NCBI GenBank assembly: GCA_028534125.1
Contig: CM052817.1
Location: 10,170,001-10,234,000, forward strand
Length of the DNA: 64,000 nt
DNA from: Lama glama
Taxonomy: Eukaryota
Direction of reading: 5' to 3'
A program made the position numbers and the translations under genes. The notes under the pieces are model-generated. The model made no database searches, had not been told where the DNA came from, and saw only the letters and a program-made list of their open reading frames with translations. Below, piece by piece: positions 1-12,598 of this stretch (positions are counted from its first letter, which is position 1; each line of letters begins with the position of its first letter).

Positions 1-649
1 AGTGTCCACACTGTGCGTAGGAGTCTTCCTCATCTTTCGCCAAGTCTGAATATACATAATTATGGGAACGTATCGTCACCTATAATATTCATAGACGTTT
101 GGATTGGGTCCAAATGTCTGCCATTGTAGATAATGACACGATGAATAGTCTTTTGCATTTGTCCATGACTTTCTTTTAGTAAAAACAGCTAAGATTGAGG
201 GGAGGAGGGTGGTAGGGAGGGGGAAAAGGAGATGAAGAGATAGAGAGATGCTGACTTTTTAAAAAGATGGTCCCTTGGACAAAAACATTTTTGAAAGAAG
301 CCCTGAATGCTCTTGGGAATTAGTTAACATTCCAAAGTGTCCTCTCTTCCCGATGGATTTGGGCCGTGTGAGAGGACCCTGAGAGCTACCCCAGCCTGTC
401 CACAGCCACTGAATCCATGGAGACCCGGATCTGCTTGGAAGTGTGGATTTGTCCTGGCAGGTGGGACTGACCTTCAGCTACTTCAGCAAGTCAGGGTTTC
501 CGTGGTGCCGGGAAGCCTCCTCTCCAGTATATTCTCTTGATTTTTAACTGACTCCTTTGATAGGAATAAGTCTCTCATTTACGATCACAGACGCCTAGTA
601 AGAAAGAACTCACTGGCCTTAGTGTGTCAATGGCATCTGTCCCAGGCAC

Positions 650-820
650 TTTTTTTTAAAATTTAAATTAAAAAAAAATTGAAGTTTAGTTGGTTTACAA
701 TGTTGTGTTAATTTCTGGTGCACAGCATGGTGATTCAGTTATACATGTATGTTCCTTTTCATCCTCTTTTTCTTTATAGCTATTACAAGGTGTTGAATAT
801 GGTTCCCTGGGCTCTACAGT
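650..820 (-). mobile_element. L1 extreme 3' UTR fragment (5'-truncated)
   Basis: T-rich tail at 650-657, then antisense L1 3'-UTR text 'tttacaatgttgtgttaatttctggtgcacagcatggtgattcagttatac...gaatatggttccctg'. Confidence 0.85.
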
Positions 821-1214
821 AGGACTTTCTTAAGAACACACTTGATAGAGCAAAGGACGGAGCAAGTGTGACGATGCGAGGGGGGAAGACGGGAGAGGGA
901 GGAAGGGGAGGGAACGTTTTGCCAGGATACGTCCTAATCCCTGCCAGCTTCGCATGTCTCACACATACATGGTATTTTCACCAAGGGAGCTGCTATTCCC
1001 TCTCTAATCAATTCAAATCCCCTCCCCTTGGTTCACTGAAACTAGGAACCTCAGTTATTTATACTATCTCATCTTCCCACCTAGTAACCCTGCAAAACAG
1101 AAAATGTTTGTTTTGTTCCCCCTTCTCTATTCCGGCTACTGTTGCCCTAGGACAGACCCTCAACATTTTCACCCTGGAGGAGTTCAGAACAGGGGAGCAG
1201 AAAAGCCTGCCAAC

Positions 1215-1420
1215 CCCGGAGCCAGACTCCCAGGTTTAATTCCCAGCTCTGGGCTTACTAGCCCTGACTCCCTGGACAGCTTACCCCCTGCGCCTTAGTT
1301 TCCTCCCATCATTTGAGATGCACGATAGTATCGGTCACATTCAGCCACAGTGAGGATCAAGTGAAATGAAATGTGGCAAATGCTTGGAACAGTGCCTGGC
1401 ATGTACTAAGTACACAATTA
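1215..1420 (+). mobile_element. MIR SINE
   Basis: 'gagccagactcccaggtttaattcccagctct...ccttagtttcctc...cagtgcctggcatgt' follows the MIR core and 3' end. Confidence 0.75.
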
Positions 1421-2475
1421 GCACTAGAGATCATTTCAAAAGCCTCCTAACTGGTTTCACTGCTTCTCACCGCTCCCTCTCCATTCCCCTCTAATCTCGT
1501 CCCCACGTGGTGGGCAGGTGGGTCTTCATAATCCATATGAATGAAATACTTCGCCTCGGACCTCCTCAAGCTGGTTCCAAGCCATCTTCCCAGTCTCATC
1601 TCCTGCCACAGCCCTGCAGGAGTCTGGGCTTCCCTGGTCCGACCACAGCCACCTGTGTCCACCCGTCCACGGGGCTCTCCACTGCGATCTCCTCCTTTCT
1701 CCTGTTCTCCTTGGTAATCCACTACGCACTCCTCCAGATCAGATGTCATAAGCTCAGTGACAACTTTGCTGACTTTCCCCTCCTCATTACAAGTCATGTT
1801 GATTGCTTTCTTTCCTGCCATCCCACAGCCATTTGTACAGCCCTCTGATGTAGCCCACCGGCCCCAGCAGTGAGGATATGTCAGCCATGCCCCCTCCCCC
1901 AGAGGGGGACGCCATGCCCTTCCTGCCCATCTCAGCTCCCACAGGAGTTCCTCGTGGCCAGATCCCCTTCTCCCTTCCCTCACGGTGTCACACATTCCTC
2001 TTTGTGGCACTTGTCACCATCCCTAAAGGAACTGAAGGAAGTGTGCTTTATTTTGTGCATACAAGTGGTCGGGAAAGGAAACAAGAGGAATGAGTTTGAG
2101 GGGAAGGGCAGAGCTATAAGAGCTAAATGATCTGGTTGCTGTGCCCTGTGTCTGCCCCTACAACTTTCAGAAACTTCCTAATACAAGGGTCAAACTCTGG
2201 GAAGTTCCTATGCCAAGAATTTGCTGCCCTCTTCTTCCTATGCACCCTTCCTTCCCTGGAGGCAGTTGAGAGAGGGCAGAATAAAAGCCTCTGAAACCAT
2301 GAAAATTGATGTGATTTTATCCTGTTGTCCTGTATGGAGACGAGGGTCCCTACCTTGTGGCTTTTCACTCTGATGCGCTTGTTTTAACAATGTAGCGCTA
2401 AGCTCAGCTCTGAATTGTTGCTGCTCTATGTTGGGTTCTCATTCCCCTTCAGGAAAAAAATCTGCTAAACCCAAC

Positions 2476-2630
2476 TGTGTTGGTTCGGGATGGCCAGAAG
2501 CAGAGCCTGAGTCGGGGACTGTTGTGACAGTGATGATTGAGGGAAGGCTCCCGGGGGAAGGGGAGTGAGAGGACTGGAGCAAGGAGGAGAGGAAAGCCCG
2601 GCATGGATGTGTAAGGTATTGAAAGGATGA
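2476..2630 (-). mobile_element. Old ERVL LTR fragment (LTR16/LTR33-like)
   Basis: 'cagaagcagagcctgagtcgggga...tgattgagggaaggctcc' resembles the antisense 3' end of LTR16/33-type LTRs. Confidence 0.45.
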
Positions 2631-2755
2631 TGACCTCAGAAGACAAAGACACTTAGCGAAAGTGAAGCAGCAGACATTCGTTTTTTGATAGTCTAGGGTT
2701 TATTTAAAAGACCAGAGCTATGCTATGTCCAAATGCTATGTCTAGGTCTAGCAGA

Positions 2756-2794
2756 GGGGGTATAGCTCAGTGGAAGAGCATTTGACTGCAAATC
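2756..2794 (+). pseudogene. tRNA-Cys-GCA: Tailless retropseudogene of the 5' half of tRNA-Cys(GCA)
   Basis: GGGGGTATAGCTCAGTGGaAGAGCATTTGACTGCAaATC matches 37/39 nt of the recalled mammalian tRNA-Cys-GCA 5' part, with the anticodon at 2788-2790. There is no T-arm, B box or poly(A). Flanked by a perfect direct repeat TCTAGGTCTAGCAGA (2741-2755, 2793-2807). Confidence 0.93.
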
Positions 2795-4739
2795 TAGGTC
2801 TAGCAGAAACTGCTTATGGTGATGTGTTGTGCTTTCTACTTAATTTAACTAATTCACTTGGACTTTCTACGTAGGCTTTGCAGAATTTAATCCATATAAA
2901 CAAGGCAGCTCCGAAAAGGAAGTGAATGCTGCCAAACCCTTTAGTTGGGGAGTTACTGCAGAGAGCTCAGGATTGAGCTCTGAGAGCTAACACAAAAATG
3001 GGGTGTGTTAGGTTATAAGGGTCTGTTATTTCGGGAGGGGGAAAGAAAGTGTCATGTGAAGAAAGACACAAAGCTTTATTAACCTCTCCCAATAATCTCA
3101 AACCAAACGGGCGGGACACATGCCTAACCTGGGTGGCCTTGTTCCTGGCCCGAAGCTCCTCTCACAGGTTCTAGAGCTGCCTAATGTCCTTAAGGAAGTT
3201 CCTTGTCTGCTTCAACTTGTGAGAATGGATGAACTCAGAAAGATGGAGGACTTGAAGATAGTCATGTGGTCAACTCCATATTTTTATATATTTAAGGATC
3301 TTTAAAAAGACCATGGCTTGCTGGTTGACTGTATGTCTGTGGGTCCTGATGATAATTTTACTGACGTCAGAAAGTCCAGCATTATATTTCTAGAGTGTTA
3401 CCCATATAGTCTTCAATGGACATTCTGATCTCTGCAGTCACCATTTTCCAGATGCCCGAGTAAGATCCCCCAAGAGGCAGGGTTACTCATGGTGAAACGG
3501 CTTGAGCGGGTCAAGTTTGAAAACCTTGCCTTCCAAAGAGTCACTCGATCCTAAGAACTGTAGACGCTGCATTTTTCCTGGGTGTATGTGTGACTGAGAT
3601 TTGCAGATGCAGAAGCTGCTTCAGTAGCACCTGAAAATGGTCTCTGACAAATCTGATTATTCACTTCTTTCCTTCTTTCTTTTAGAAGTCTGGGAAAGAA
3701 GAAATGATTAACAATTGACTGAGATGCTTCGTTCATTTGGGTTCTGATTAAAGTCAGAGAAGGCTCCAATCTTAGTGTTACTGACTCTGGGAAGTGAGCT
3801 GTCAGACCACCTATAAAGCAGCAATAATATTATGAAAGGATGTTTTCAGAAAAGTAATTTTCTAAGCAGTGATATAAAGGTTTGTCATCTATGTGTGCTT
3901 TTATCTATAGTGAGTTCCTGGTGTGGTGAAATTTTTTATTCAGAGGTGAACATAGTCACATTGGCATTACATCCTTTATGTAAATATAAGAATCGAGGCA
4001 TGACTTGGCTTTGGAAAATGGCATGCAACTAGCTCTTTTCTTTTTAAGTCTCATGGTTTAGCTAAAGCTTCTCCTCATTTTGCAGAAGTTTGGAGACAAA
4101 GACGATGTATTTGCATAAGAATCCTAAAAGCCTTCTGAGAAGGAAAGAAATGAGGTACCAACCCCTTCCACCAAGACTTAAAATTAGGAAAACTTGCTAC
4201 AGTGGATGGTGGTGGTTCTGACCAAGGTGCAGTGACAGAAGAGGACATTGTGGTTCCCCAGTGGGAGACTCGCCACAAGAGAGAGTGGAGTGTGGCAGTG
4301 ATCTGCGCTCCACACATTGGTCCCAAGTGCAGGTTTTGAAAAGCTTTGTCTGGTACACCACGAGCAGGAGTTAGAAGATCCACAGGTAGCAGCCAGGAAA
4401 CCAGACATCGTTGATGACTTACTAAAGAGCTCAGACATTCCATGTTGCATTAAGGGCCATTGAAGGGTTTTAAGCAAGGCAATGGCTTGGTTTTCACGTT
4501 AGAGAGCTCATTACAGTGGCCAACACAGAGGGTACCCCTGAGAGGAACAAGAGTAGGGCCTGGGAGGCTGTTGTCATGGCCCAGGGAAAGAAATGGGGCC
4601 TGAATGAGCCAGAGGTAGATTCAAGCAGTGGGAGGTAAAGCCATCGTGTTGGCAATTGATTAGCTCAGTGGGAACAGTACTTAATTTGTTTGCTATTTGT
4701 GCTGTGTATTACTATTATAAATGGTGGGAACTGGAATAA

Positions 4740-5160
4740 GTGGCCAATTAGTCTTTTCCAGATTCCACTTGTTTCAGCTGTTGGTCTCAAAATTTTCAAA
4801 AGAAAATTACGACAATGGGGCTGTGCTTAGCTTCACTTATTTCATAATGACTGTGGTTATCATTCCCAGTTTGTTGAGTGGAGTCATTGTTTTAATTTGC
4901 ATAAGTGGCTTTTGGATATGCAAAGATCCAATTAATTAAAAGCTAGATATCAACTGATAGAGGAGAGTAAGTATCTCGATGTGGCCATGATGTTAAAGAG
5001 AACAAATATCTGCCTGGAGAGTTTGCCAATATTTTCATTGAGTTAATTCTAGCTGCCAAAGATTGACGGGAAGAAGAGAACATAAAGAAAAAAAGAAGAA
5101 ATATAGATGGTCTTGGCCAAATGACACCTCTGCCGATTAGAAGCATGGGGGGGGTGTCAT
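4740..5160. promoter_or_regulatory. Candidate enhancer / conserved non-coding element
   Basis: Non-repetitive block with SOX CATTGT (4885-4890), octamer ATTTGCAT (4895-4902), NKX-type TAAGTGG (4902-4908), ATGCAAAG (4918-4925) and CAATTAATTAA. Motif evidence only. Confidence 0.4.
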
Positions 5161-5779
5161 TACTTTTTAACAAAAATGTTTAAAATTAGAAAACCAACAC
5201 ATATTTGTTTTAAAATACCACGAACAGTAACCTAAAACAATAATGGTGTGTATGGTATAAATGAATAAACAGCCTCACACCCCACACCCAACCTCCTACC
5301 ATCCTGGACCCACTTAGTAACCACTGTTAGTAGACTGATGTGGATTCTTCCAGGTCAAAGGTGTCCTGAAAGAGATTCTGTTCATTTTACAGACTCTGAC
5401 AACATGTGTTTCACTAAGGTAACTTTTGACATATTTCGTTATCTGATGAAGTTTACCTGATGATTCAGTTTGTAGCTTGCTGGTTGGCTGAATTCTGGAA
5501 TTGTTGGCAGGAGATGTCATCATGTTGGGACAGCAGACAGTGGGAGTAAGAGAGACGGGACAGAAAGCCAGGAAAAAGCGGTCAAGTGAAGGTTGAATGC
5601 AAATGGAGATGCCAGGCAGGAACATAGAACGGGATCAGGATTGAAGGCTTGCAAGTCACCTTCTCTGTCTTCACTTTCTCTCTCTGGTCCTAGTCACCCT
5701 AACCCCTTGCTGCTGACTTTCACCCCCAGGCTTCTAAATTATTCTCCCAAGGGGCACCAAGGGACCATTTGGTCACTAC

Positions 5780-6730
5780 ATTTGATGACATTCCCCCAAA
5801 TTTGACCTTCCTTAACCTCGCTCAGCATTTGACATTGCCAACCACACTCTCCTTCATGAATCTTCCCTGGTCCTTGGCTACGGTGATGGTGTACTTTTCC
5901 AGTTCTTAATGTCCCTGAACCTTCTTGTCCTGACTTCTGTCCTCTGCTCCTCTTCCAGGCCTCAAGTTGTGGGCATCACCTACAACTCTATTCCTTTCTT
6001 GTATCTCTTTTCTCTGCATTTCCTGCTTCCTGGACATTCAATTCACGTCTGTGTCTTCAACAGTGATCTCTGTGAGGGAGATGCTATAATATTATAGCTA
6101 TAGATAGAAAGAGAAATATAATCTGGCCCTGACCCTCCCTGGGATTCTGGTCTTCCATTCTCTATTACCCTCTAGACATGTCCCATTTGTATCTCAAACT
6201 CAACATTTCTAGAGCTGAACTTGTCTTCTTCCCCATCCAGCAGACTCCTTAGCCTGGCCTGGAGGGGTCTCCATGACCCATCCCTGCCCACCAGTCCAGT
6301 CCTATCTCTGGCCACTCTCCCACCAGCATCCTCTTTTCCAGTCATTTCTAAATCACTGCAGGTGCATGGTCATGCTGAGCTGTCGGGTGACCCCATGCTG
6401 TTAACTACATTCCCTCCACCTGAAATGCCCTTCTCCTTGGGTTTGGATTTTTCTCTCCCCAGACAACCCTTCTTCAATTCTCAAAACCTCTCTTGGGCAT
6501 CACCTTCTTGGGGAAGTCTTCCTTGAATTCCTGGATCCAGAATCCCCTTGTGGTTTCCTATAACCACCCCGGAAATTCCTGTTATAGACCTTACCATGCT
6601 ATAGTCTGATGGGTTCTTTGCTTGTATTCCTGACGAGCTGTGGGCCCTTTGAAGAAAAGGACTATGTCTTTGGTCTCTGCAGCGCCAGGGCCTAGGGAAG
6701 TACTTCACACACAATAAATGCTCAGTAAAT
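5780..6730 (+). mobile_element. L2 LINE fragments
   Basis: Pyrimidine-rich L2 ORF2/3' remnants ('atctcaaactcaacatttct', 'ctccttagcctggcctggaggggtctccatgacc') ending 'ataaatgctcagtaaatac'. Confidence 0.65.
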
Positions 6731-6799
6731 ACTGGAGAAGTAGAAGAACCAACTTCTCCCCTGTGGCTTCTCTATTTTTGGTGATGGCTAAGCCATGTG

Positions 6800-7702
6800 C
6801 AATTCACATCTCTAGTCCTGACTTCTCCCCCGACTCCAGAATCATACCCTTCCCTTGCAGCATCTCCACTTGGATGCGCAGCAGGTTTAACAGCGATAGC
6901 AGATTCTCAGCAAAGCTCTTGATGCCTTTGCCCACTCCCCACCCCCATTTCACAAGGACACACTGTCTACCCAACCACTCAGGACAAAAGCCTTGGAAAC
7001 ATCCTAATGTCTCCTTTTCTTCTACTCTGCATCAACTCCAAAAAAAAAAAAAATCCCGCAAGCCTTACTTTATCATATCCTGGGAATCTGGCTGCTTTCC
7101 GTCTAACAGTATTGCATTAGGCCAAGCCATCATCATCTCCTGCCTGGACTCCTGTAGTGCCTTCCCACTGCTCTCTGAACATCCACATTTGTTCCTCTAT
7201 GAATGACTCTTCCACACGATGACCAGAGGTCCTGAGCCTGGCTTAGAAGACGCTTCTGGATCCGGTCTGTGGCTATCGCTCTAGACTCACTTCCCATCAC
7301 CTCCTCCTTGCAGACTCTGCTCTGCCCACACACGTCTGCTAGCTTCTTGCTAAACACACAGGACTGGTGCCCACTTCCGGGTTTTCCCTTATATTCTTTC
7401 TTTCAGATCTTCGTTTGGATCCCTGCCCCACACCCTTCTGGTCTCTGTTCAGAAGTCACTCCCAGAAAGAGGACTTCACTATTGACAAAAGTACCTCCCT
7501 GCCCCTCCGTGCTCTTACCCTGATTTATTTTTCCTTTACCCCGTGATATTGTATGTTTCTTTATATATCTATTGATGATCTCTTATCACTAGTATAGAAG
7601 CTTCCTGAGGATTTATCAAATTCTTGGCTGCAGCCCAGGATCTGGAACAGTTCCTGGTATGATAGTAAGTGCTCAATAAAGATTTGATGAATGAATGAAT
7701 GA
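6800..7702 (+). mobile_element. L2 LINE 3' portion (L2a-like)
   Basis: 'gcatctccacttggatg', 'ccatcatcatctcctgcctggact', terminus 'gtgctcaataaagatttgatgaatgaatgaatga'. Confidence 0.8.
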
Positions 7703-9899
7703 CTCTAGTTCTTGAAGGCTATGAGTCATCTTTGTTTCCTGACTTGCCTTCCTTCCTGTGTATAATCACCGAGTTCTTTAGAGTCTTCCTGGTGTTAATT
7801 CGGTTAAAACTTATTGATGCAAACTGACTGCCTTGCAGTGTGTTACTGACTTATCTCCCACAATTGCCACAACAAGTGAGATAACTGATGGATAAGAACT
7901 TTGTAAACTCTCAGGCACCACACAAATCTCATTTGCCTTCCAGCCTCACTGCGATGACCCTGACGAATGTTACTTACACGCCAACCTGTGCAGGTACCTC
8001 TAACTGATCTTCCTACTTCCAAACCCTCTCCAGACAATGGATTCTGAACTCTACTGCTGACTGAATTTTCTTAAAGCATTGCTATAAATATGTCCCTCTC
8101 CTACTCAAAAACTTTGAGTGTCTTCCAATTCCTGACCAAATAATACACAAACCCCTTGGCTCGCAACCAAGATCCTCCCCAACCTGACTCCAGATGGCCT
8201 TCCCACTGTCTCCTTCTGCCCCTCAGGGAAGCGCTTGCTCTTCAAGTCCATCTAGACCACTCAGTTCTCCCCGAGGACAGCCGCTCTCCTCCCTGCCTGT
8301 TTTCACTTCCAGGTGATCTTCCTCTGCTCTCTAAATTTTTAAAGCATTGAGTTCTTCCTGTGGGGGTTGGGGTAGGCACTCATCTTCCAGCTACATTTCC
8401 TTAAAGGAGGAAGAAAGGAAAAAGAGGCAAGGAACACTTTCAGTATCTCTCCCTTCTCTCATCATTCTGATTTGGAAGGTAGGGAAATTGGACATCCATT
8501 TGTCCAGGCTTCTCTGATTGTTTGCCCCTTTCCTCCAAATGGGCCGCGCGGCTCTCTGTCTGGGATCTGCCTTTCAGAAACCAGTGTGCACCCACAGCTC
8601 CTGCTCCTTCTATCTGGTAGATTTCCAGGACAGGTTTTCATCTTGCTGGATGTAGCCGCCTGCCTTTCGGAGTTGGTGGAGGGGCGGGGGGAGTCGTGGG
8701 ACGCCTACATTTGCTACAGGATAAGCCACTTTCTCCAACATAGCCTTTCTGAATCACAGTTTTGATGTTTTGGTCTCCCTGCCTCTGATTCAATTTCTTA
8801 ATTGGTCCTGGACTCTGAAGAGATGGAGCAATTAATTATCACTCTCCCTTCAACTCACACATCACTCGGATGATGCTTTTTATGAACTCCTTTACAGTAC
8901 AGATTTTATAATGTCTCTTTCAGGCTTGTAACCCAATATTATAAGCATATAGAAAGAAGAGGCGCTGTTATACACTGTTATCTTTCCTAAATCTCTTTCG
9001 ACTTCAGGTGCATGGCCAGTATTGATTTGCTTGGAGGTCATAATGGGATAATAAATCAGACACTAAGAAAAAAATTAAAAATAAAATAAAGATGATGAGA
9101 AATGGGATGTTTCCTGTAGGAATTTTGGCTGGAATTCAAAGCTAGTTAAAAGGTATGACAAACTCTCTGTGTTATGCAAAGCAATGCTAAACACATTTCT
9201 GAGATGTGAGGAAACAGATTCTTTGACTGGCAACTCCATCAACCAGCTTCAACTGTATAAGAAAAAGCTGTAGGATGCTTTAGATAGAATTCATGGCATT
9301 TTGCCTGATCTTCACTCTGGAGTAATAAAGGAGGGCTGTCCCCTTAAGCCAAGTTAGAGTGGTCCTTAAAGCAAACCTAGAAAGGAAGAAAGTCTGCCAG
9401 GAGTACTGACATCCCATCCCTTGAGACTGAGAACTTCCCCCTTGCCCAGGGAGCCCTGCAGGTGGGAGGCTGGCCGGAGCTGCCTGAGATGGCAGCTGAG
9501 GACTTGAGGCAGGGGTCAACTGGCCAGGACTTGCAGAGTTCGATGGAGAAGCATGCCTCAGTGGCCATGTAGAAGACGTCCAGTTGTCTTGAGACGGTCA
9601 TACCCAAAGTGAGTGTGAAGGCAGTTGTGTGAGAAACATAACCTAGTTACAGTGATACTCACGGAGTGCTTGGCTAGGACTAGGGTACACGGGGTGTTGT
9701 ATTAATCCTCACAGCAAACCTAAGAAGTGGTACTTTCATTCCTATTTTATAGATGAGAAAATGGAAGCATGAAGAGGTTGTTACTTGTGCAAGATTGTAG
9801 AATAAGTGAGGTTCCATCGGATGTTGAGAGAAACAGATCCTCATATATTAGCCTGGTTTTGATACCATCCATCTTTGGTGATATGCACATTTAATACTT

Positions 9900-10705
9900 C
9901 TAGCTGTGATCTCTCTCTCTGTCTCTGGAATTCAAGGTTTGTATTTCCAATTGCTTACATTGATATCCCCATTTGGATATTTAATAGTCAATGGAAAATA
10001 ATATATACAAAATAAAAACCCTTGGTTGAAACCTGTTCCTACTTCCTCTTCACCACCTCAGTTGCTTAAGCCACATCCTTTCCTTCCCCCTCCTACAGCT
10101 GCATCGAATTCTTTCCATTTCCTCTGCCACCTTCTTAGTCCAAGCCCCATCACCTCCTGCCTTTCTTCTTTCCTCTTCAGTCCACAGGAGACAGAAAATT
10201 CTCTTCAATCCCCTTCGTTGGTCTTGCATTCCTGAGAATAAAAGTCCAGCTCTGTACCATGGAGCCCTGTGAAGCCTGGCTTCCCCTCCTCTTAATCTTT
10301 CCCCATTTCTCATAGGGTTTTGGCAGCACCAGACTCCTTTCTGTTCCCCAGGAGCCCAGGCATTTGCACGTGCTCTTCTCTCTGCCTAGGACGCAAATGT
10401 CCCATCGTTTTGCATGGGCAGATCATACTCACCTTTCGATCTCAACCCAAAGGTCACCTTCTCATTGCTGTCCATAGTTACCCCATCTCTCTTCCCTGTT
10501 AATTTTTTTCAGAGCCCTCCATACAATTGGTAATTATTTTGTGTATTCTTTTTTGAGTCATTTTTTGGGAGGCATTCATTTCAACCTCCTCCCCACCAAC
10601 TAGGACGTAAGCTTCCTGGAGAAGGAAACTTGCTTACCTTCTTCCTCACTGTATTCCAGAATCTAGCATATTTAATAGGTGCTCAACACATACCAGTTAA
10701 ATAAA
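9900..10705 (+). mobile_element. L2 LINE fragment
   Basis: 'ttagtccaagccccatcacctcctgcc' ... terminus 'aataggtgctcaacacataccagttaaataaa'. Confidence 0.7.
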
Positions 10706-11409
10706 AGAGTAAAAATTTCAGTAAATGTTTATGGTATGGAAGATCAAAGGGAGAACCATGAGTCAGATGCCGTATACTGGATACAGTGAAGTTTTTACTT
10801 GGTGGGAGTGGGACGTTTGCTGGGGAAGCCAAAGCATGTGGTCATCACGATCAGACAACTGTCTCTTTTGAAGACATTTAAAAAGCACCACCACTCACCC
10901 ATACTTATTCCTGCTCTCAAACAATATTTATTATTTTCTTGTGTTCTAAGTACTAGCATAGTGGCCAGGGGTGCAATGAAATAGGCACAGTCTCTGTCCC
11001 CAAAGCTTATGGTCTAGCATTCACCATGAGAGGAGAGCAGGAGAGGTGGGGGTGGGGCGTGATCAGAGCAAGTCTCCAGTAGCCCCTTGACTCTACAATA
11101 TCCCCAGAAAGTTGAAATTTCAGTTTTTTCATTTTAAGTACAAGGTGAAAGAAAAATCCAGAAAGAGTCTCTAAGGGATAGAAAAATGCCCATCCTTGGA
11201 AGGTAAGATTGCCAATGAACAACTGGAGCAGAACTTCATCTAGAGACCAGTTAGATCAGTTGGTATGTTTTCTAATGTGAAAGATAGAAGCTGGCGATCC
11301 TACAGCTGGAAGTTAGAGCTCGAGATACTTAGAGCCTTTCAGAAATTACAACAGCCCTGCTATTCAAGACTTCTGCCAATATCAACTTCTAACACAAGGG
11401 AACAGGGAA

Positions 11410-11650
11410 CAATGGAGAAAGCAGTGGAAAAGTTGGGCTTGAAAAGCCTGAATGAGAGTTCTTGCTTTGTTCCTACCAGCTCACTAGTCATAAGGATGTT
11501 ACTTCATCTTTTTCAGTCCCAGTTGACATATCTACACATTGGTGATGAAAAAAGCATATCTCTTATGATCTTGTTGTAGATTAAATGAGCTAACCCGTGT
11601 AAAGTGCTTAGCACATCGCCAGTCATCCAGCACACAGAATGTTAGCTAAT
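11410..11650 (+). mobile_element. MIR SINE
   Basis: 'gattaaatgagctaacccgtgtaaagtgcttagcaca' is the MIR 3' consensus. Confidence 0.7.
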
Positions 11651-11722
11651 ACTAACGTGGTTTGGGGGAAAAATTGTTGTTGTGGCATCTAAGTCACAGG
11701 GTTATCATGAGGAGTAAATAAT

Positions 11723-11742
11723 GTGTGTGTGTGTGTGTGTGT
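11723..11742. repeat. (TG)n microsatellite
   Basis: Direct reading. Confidence 0.95.
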
Positions 11743-12209
11743 ATAAATACCTTATTACAGTGCTTGGAATGTGGTAAAAGTCAATAAATAGTTGTTAAAT
11801 AGACCAATGTATTGGAAGAGCAACAAAGTGTAGATTGCTATAAAAATGCTCCTGTTTTAATTTTATTATTTATTTTCTCAGCAAAAATAGATTGGGTAAT
11901 TAAAAGCCTTTGTGTGAAAAAAAGGTGTTCAAAACTCTCCCAACCAGCAAGGCATGATATTTAGAAAATTTAGCAATTGGTAGGGCATGGGTGCTGACCA
12001 ACTGAACGGATAATTGGATGCTGGCAGCAGCTACAAAGAGTGGGGTTCAAGGGTCCCCACCCTGCCAAGCATTATCCCTTTAGCTAGAAATTGTGAGAAG
12101 ACCTCGGAGGAGCCCCAAGGAGGGACAAGAGAAAAAGAAGAGAGGGAACTGGTGGAGAGGTTTGCACAGGGTAGCAGGCATTTTCTGACAAGTATAAAAC
12201 AATTTCACT

Positions 12210-12598
12210 ACGGACCTAGGGAGTATTAAGTTTAGTGAAATGAGTCAGACAAAGAAAGACAAATGCTCTGTGTTATCACTTATATGTGGAGTCTAAAAAA
12301 TAGAACAAAGGAATATATCTAACAAAACAGAAACAGACTCACAGATATATAGAAAACAAATTAGTGGTTACCAGTGAGGAGGGGGGAGGAGGGAGGAGCA
12401 AGATAGGGATTTGGGATTAATGAGTACAAACCACTCTGTATAAAATAGATAAGCAATGATGATATACTGTACAACACAGGGAAATACAGTCATTGTTTTG
12501 CGATAACTTTAAAGGGAGTATAATCTATAAAAATATTGAACCACTATGCTGTACACCTGAAAAAATTTAATATTGTAATTTAATTATATTTCAGTAAG
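12210..12598 (+). mobile_element. L1 3' UTR fragment
   Basis: 'agtgaaatgagtcagacaaagaaagacaaat...acagaaacagactcacagata...gctgtacacctgaaa'; degenerate TSD aaacaatttcact / aaacaattttgct. Confidence 0.9.

Noticed and set aside
1447..2010. 187-aa minus-strand ORF
   Set aside because: No recognisable family. It lies in purine/pyrimidine-biased sequence resembling decayed L2.
2756..2794. Functional tRNA-Cys gene or truncated camelid SINE
   Set aside because: It lacks the 3' half and B box. CATTTGACTGCA is Cys-specific and differs from the Ala-type SINE head.
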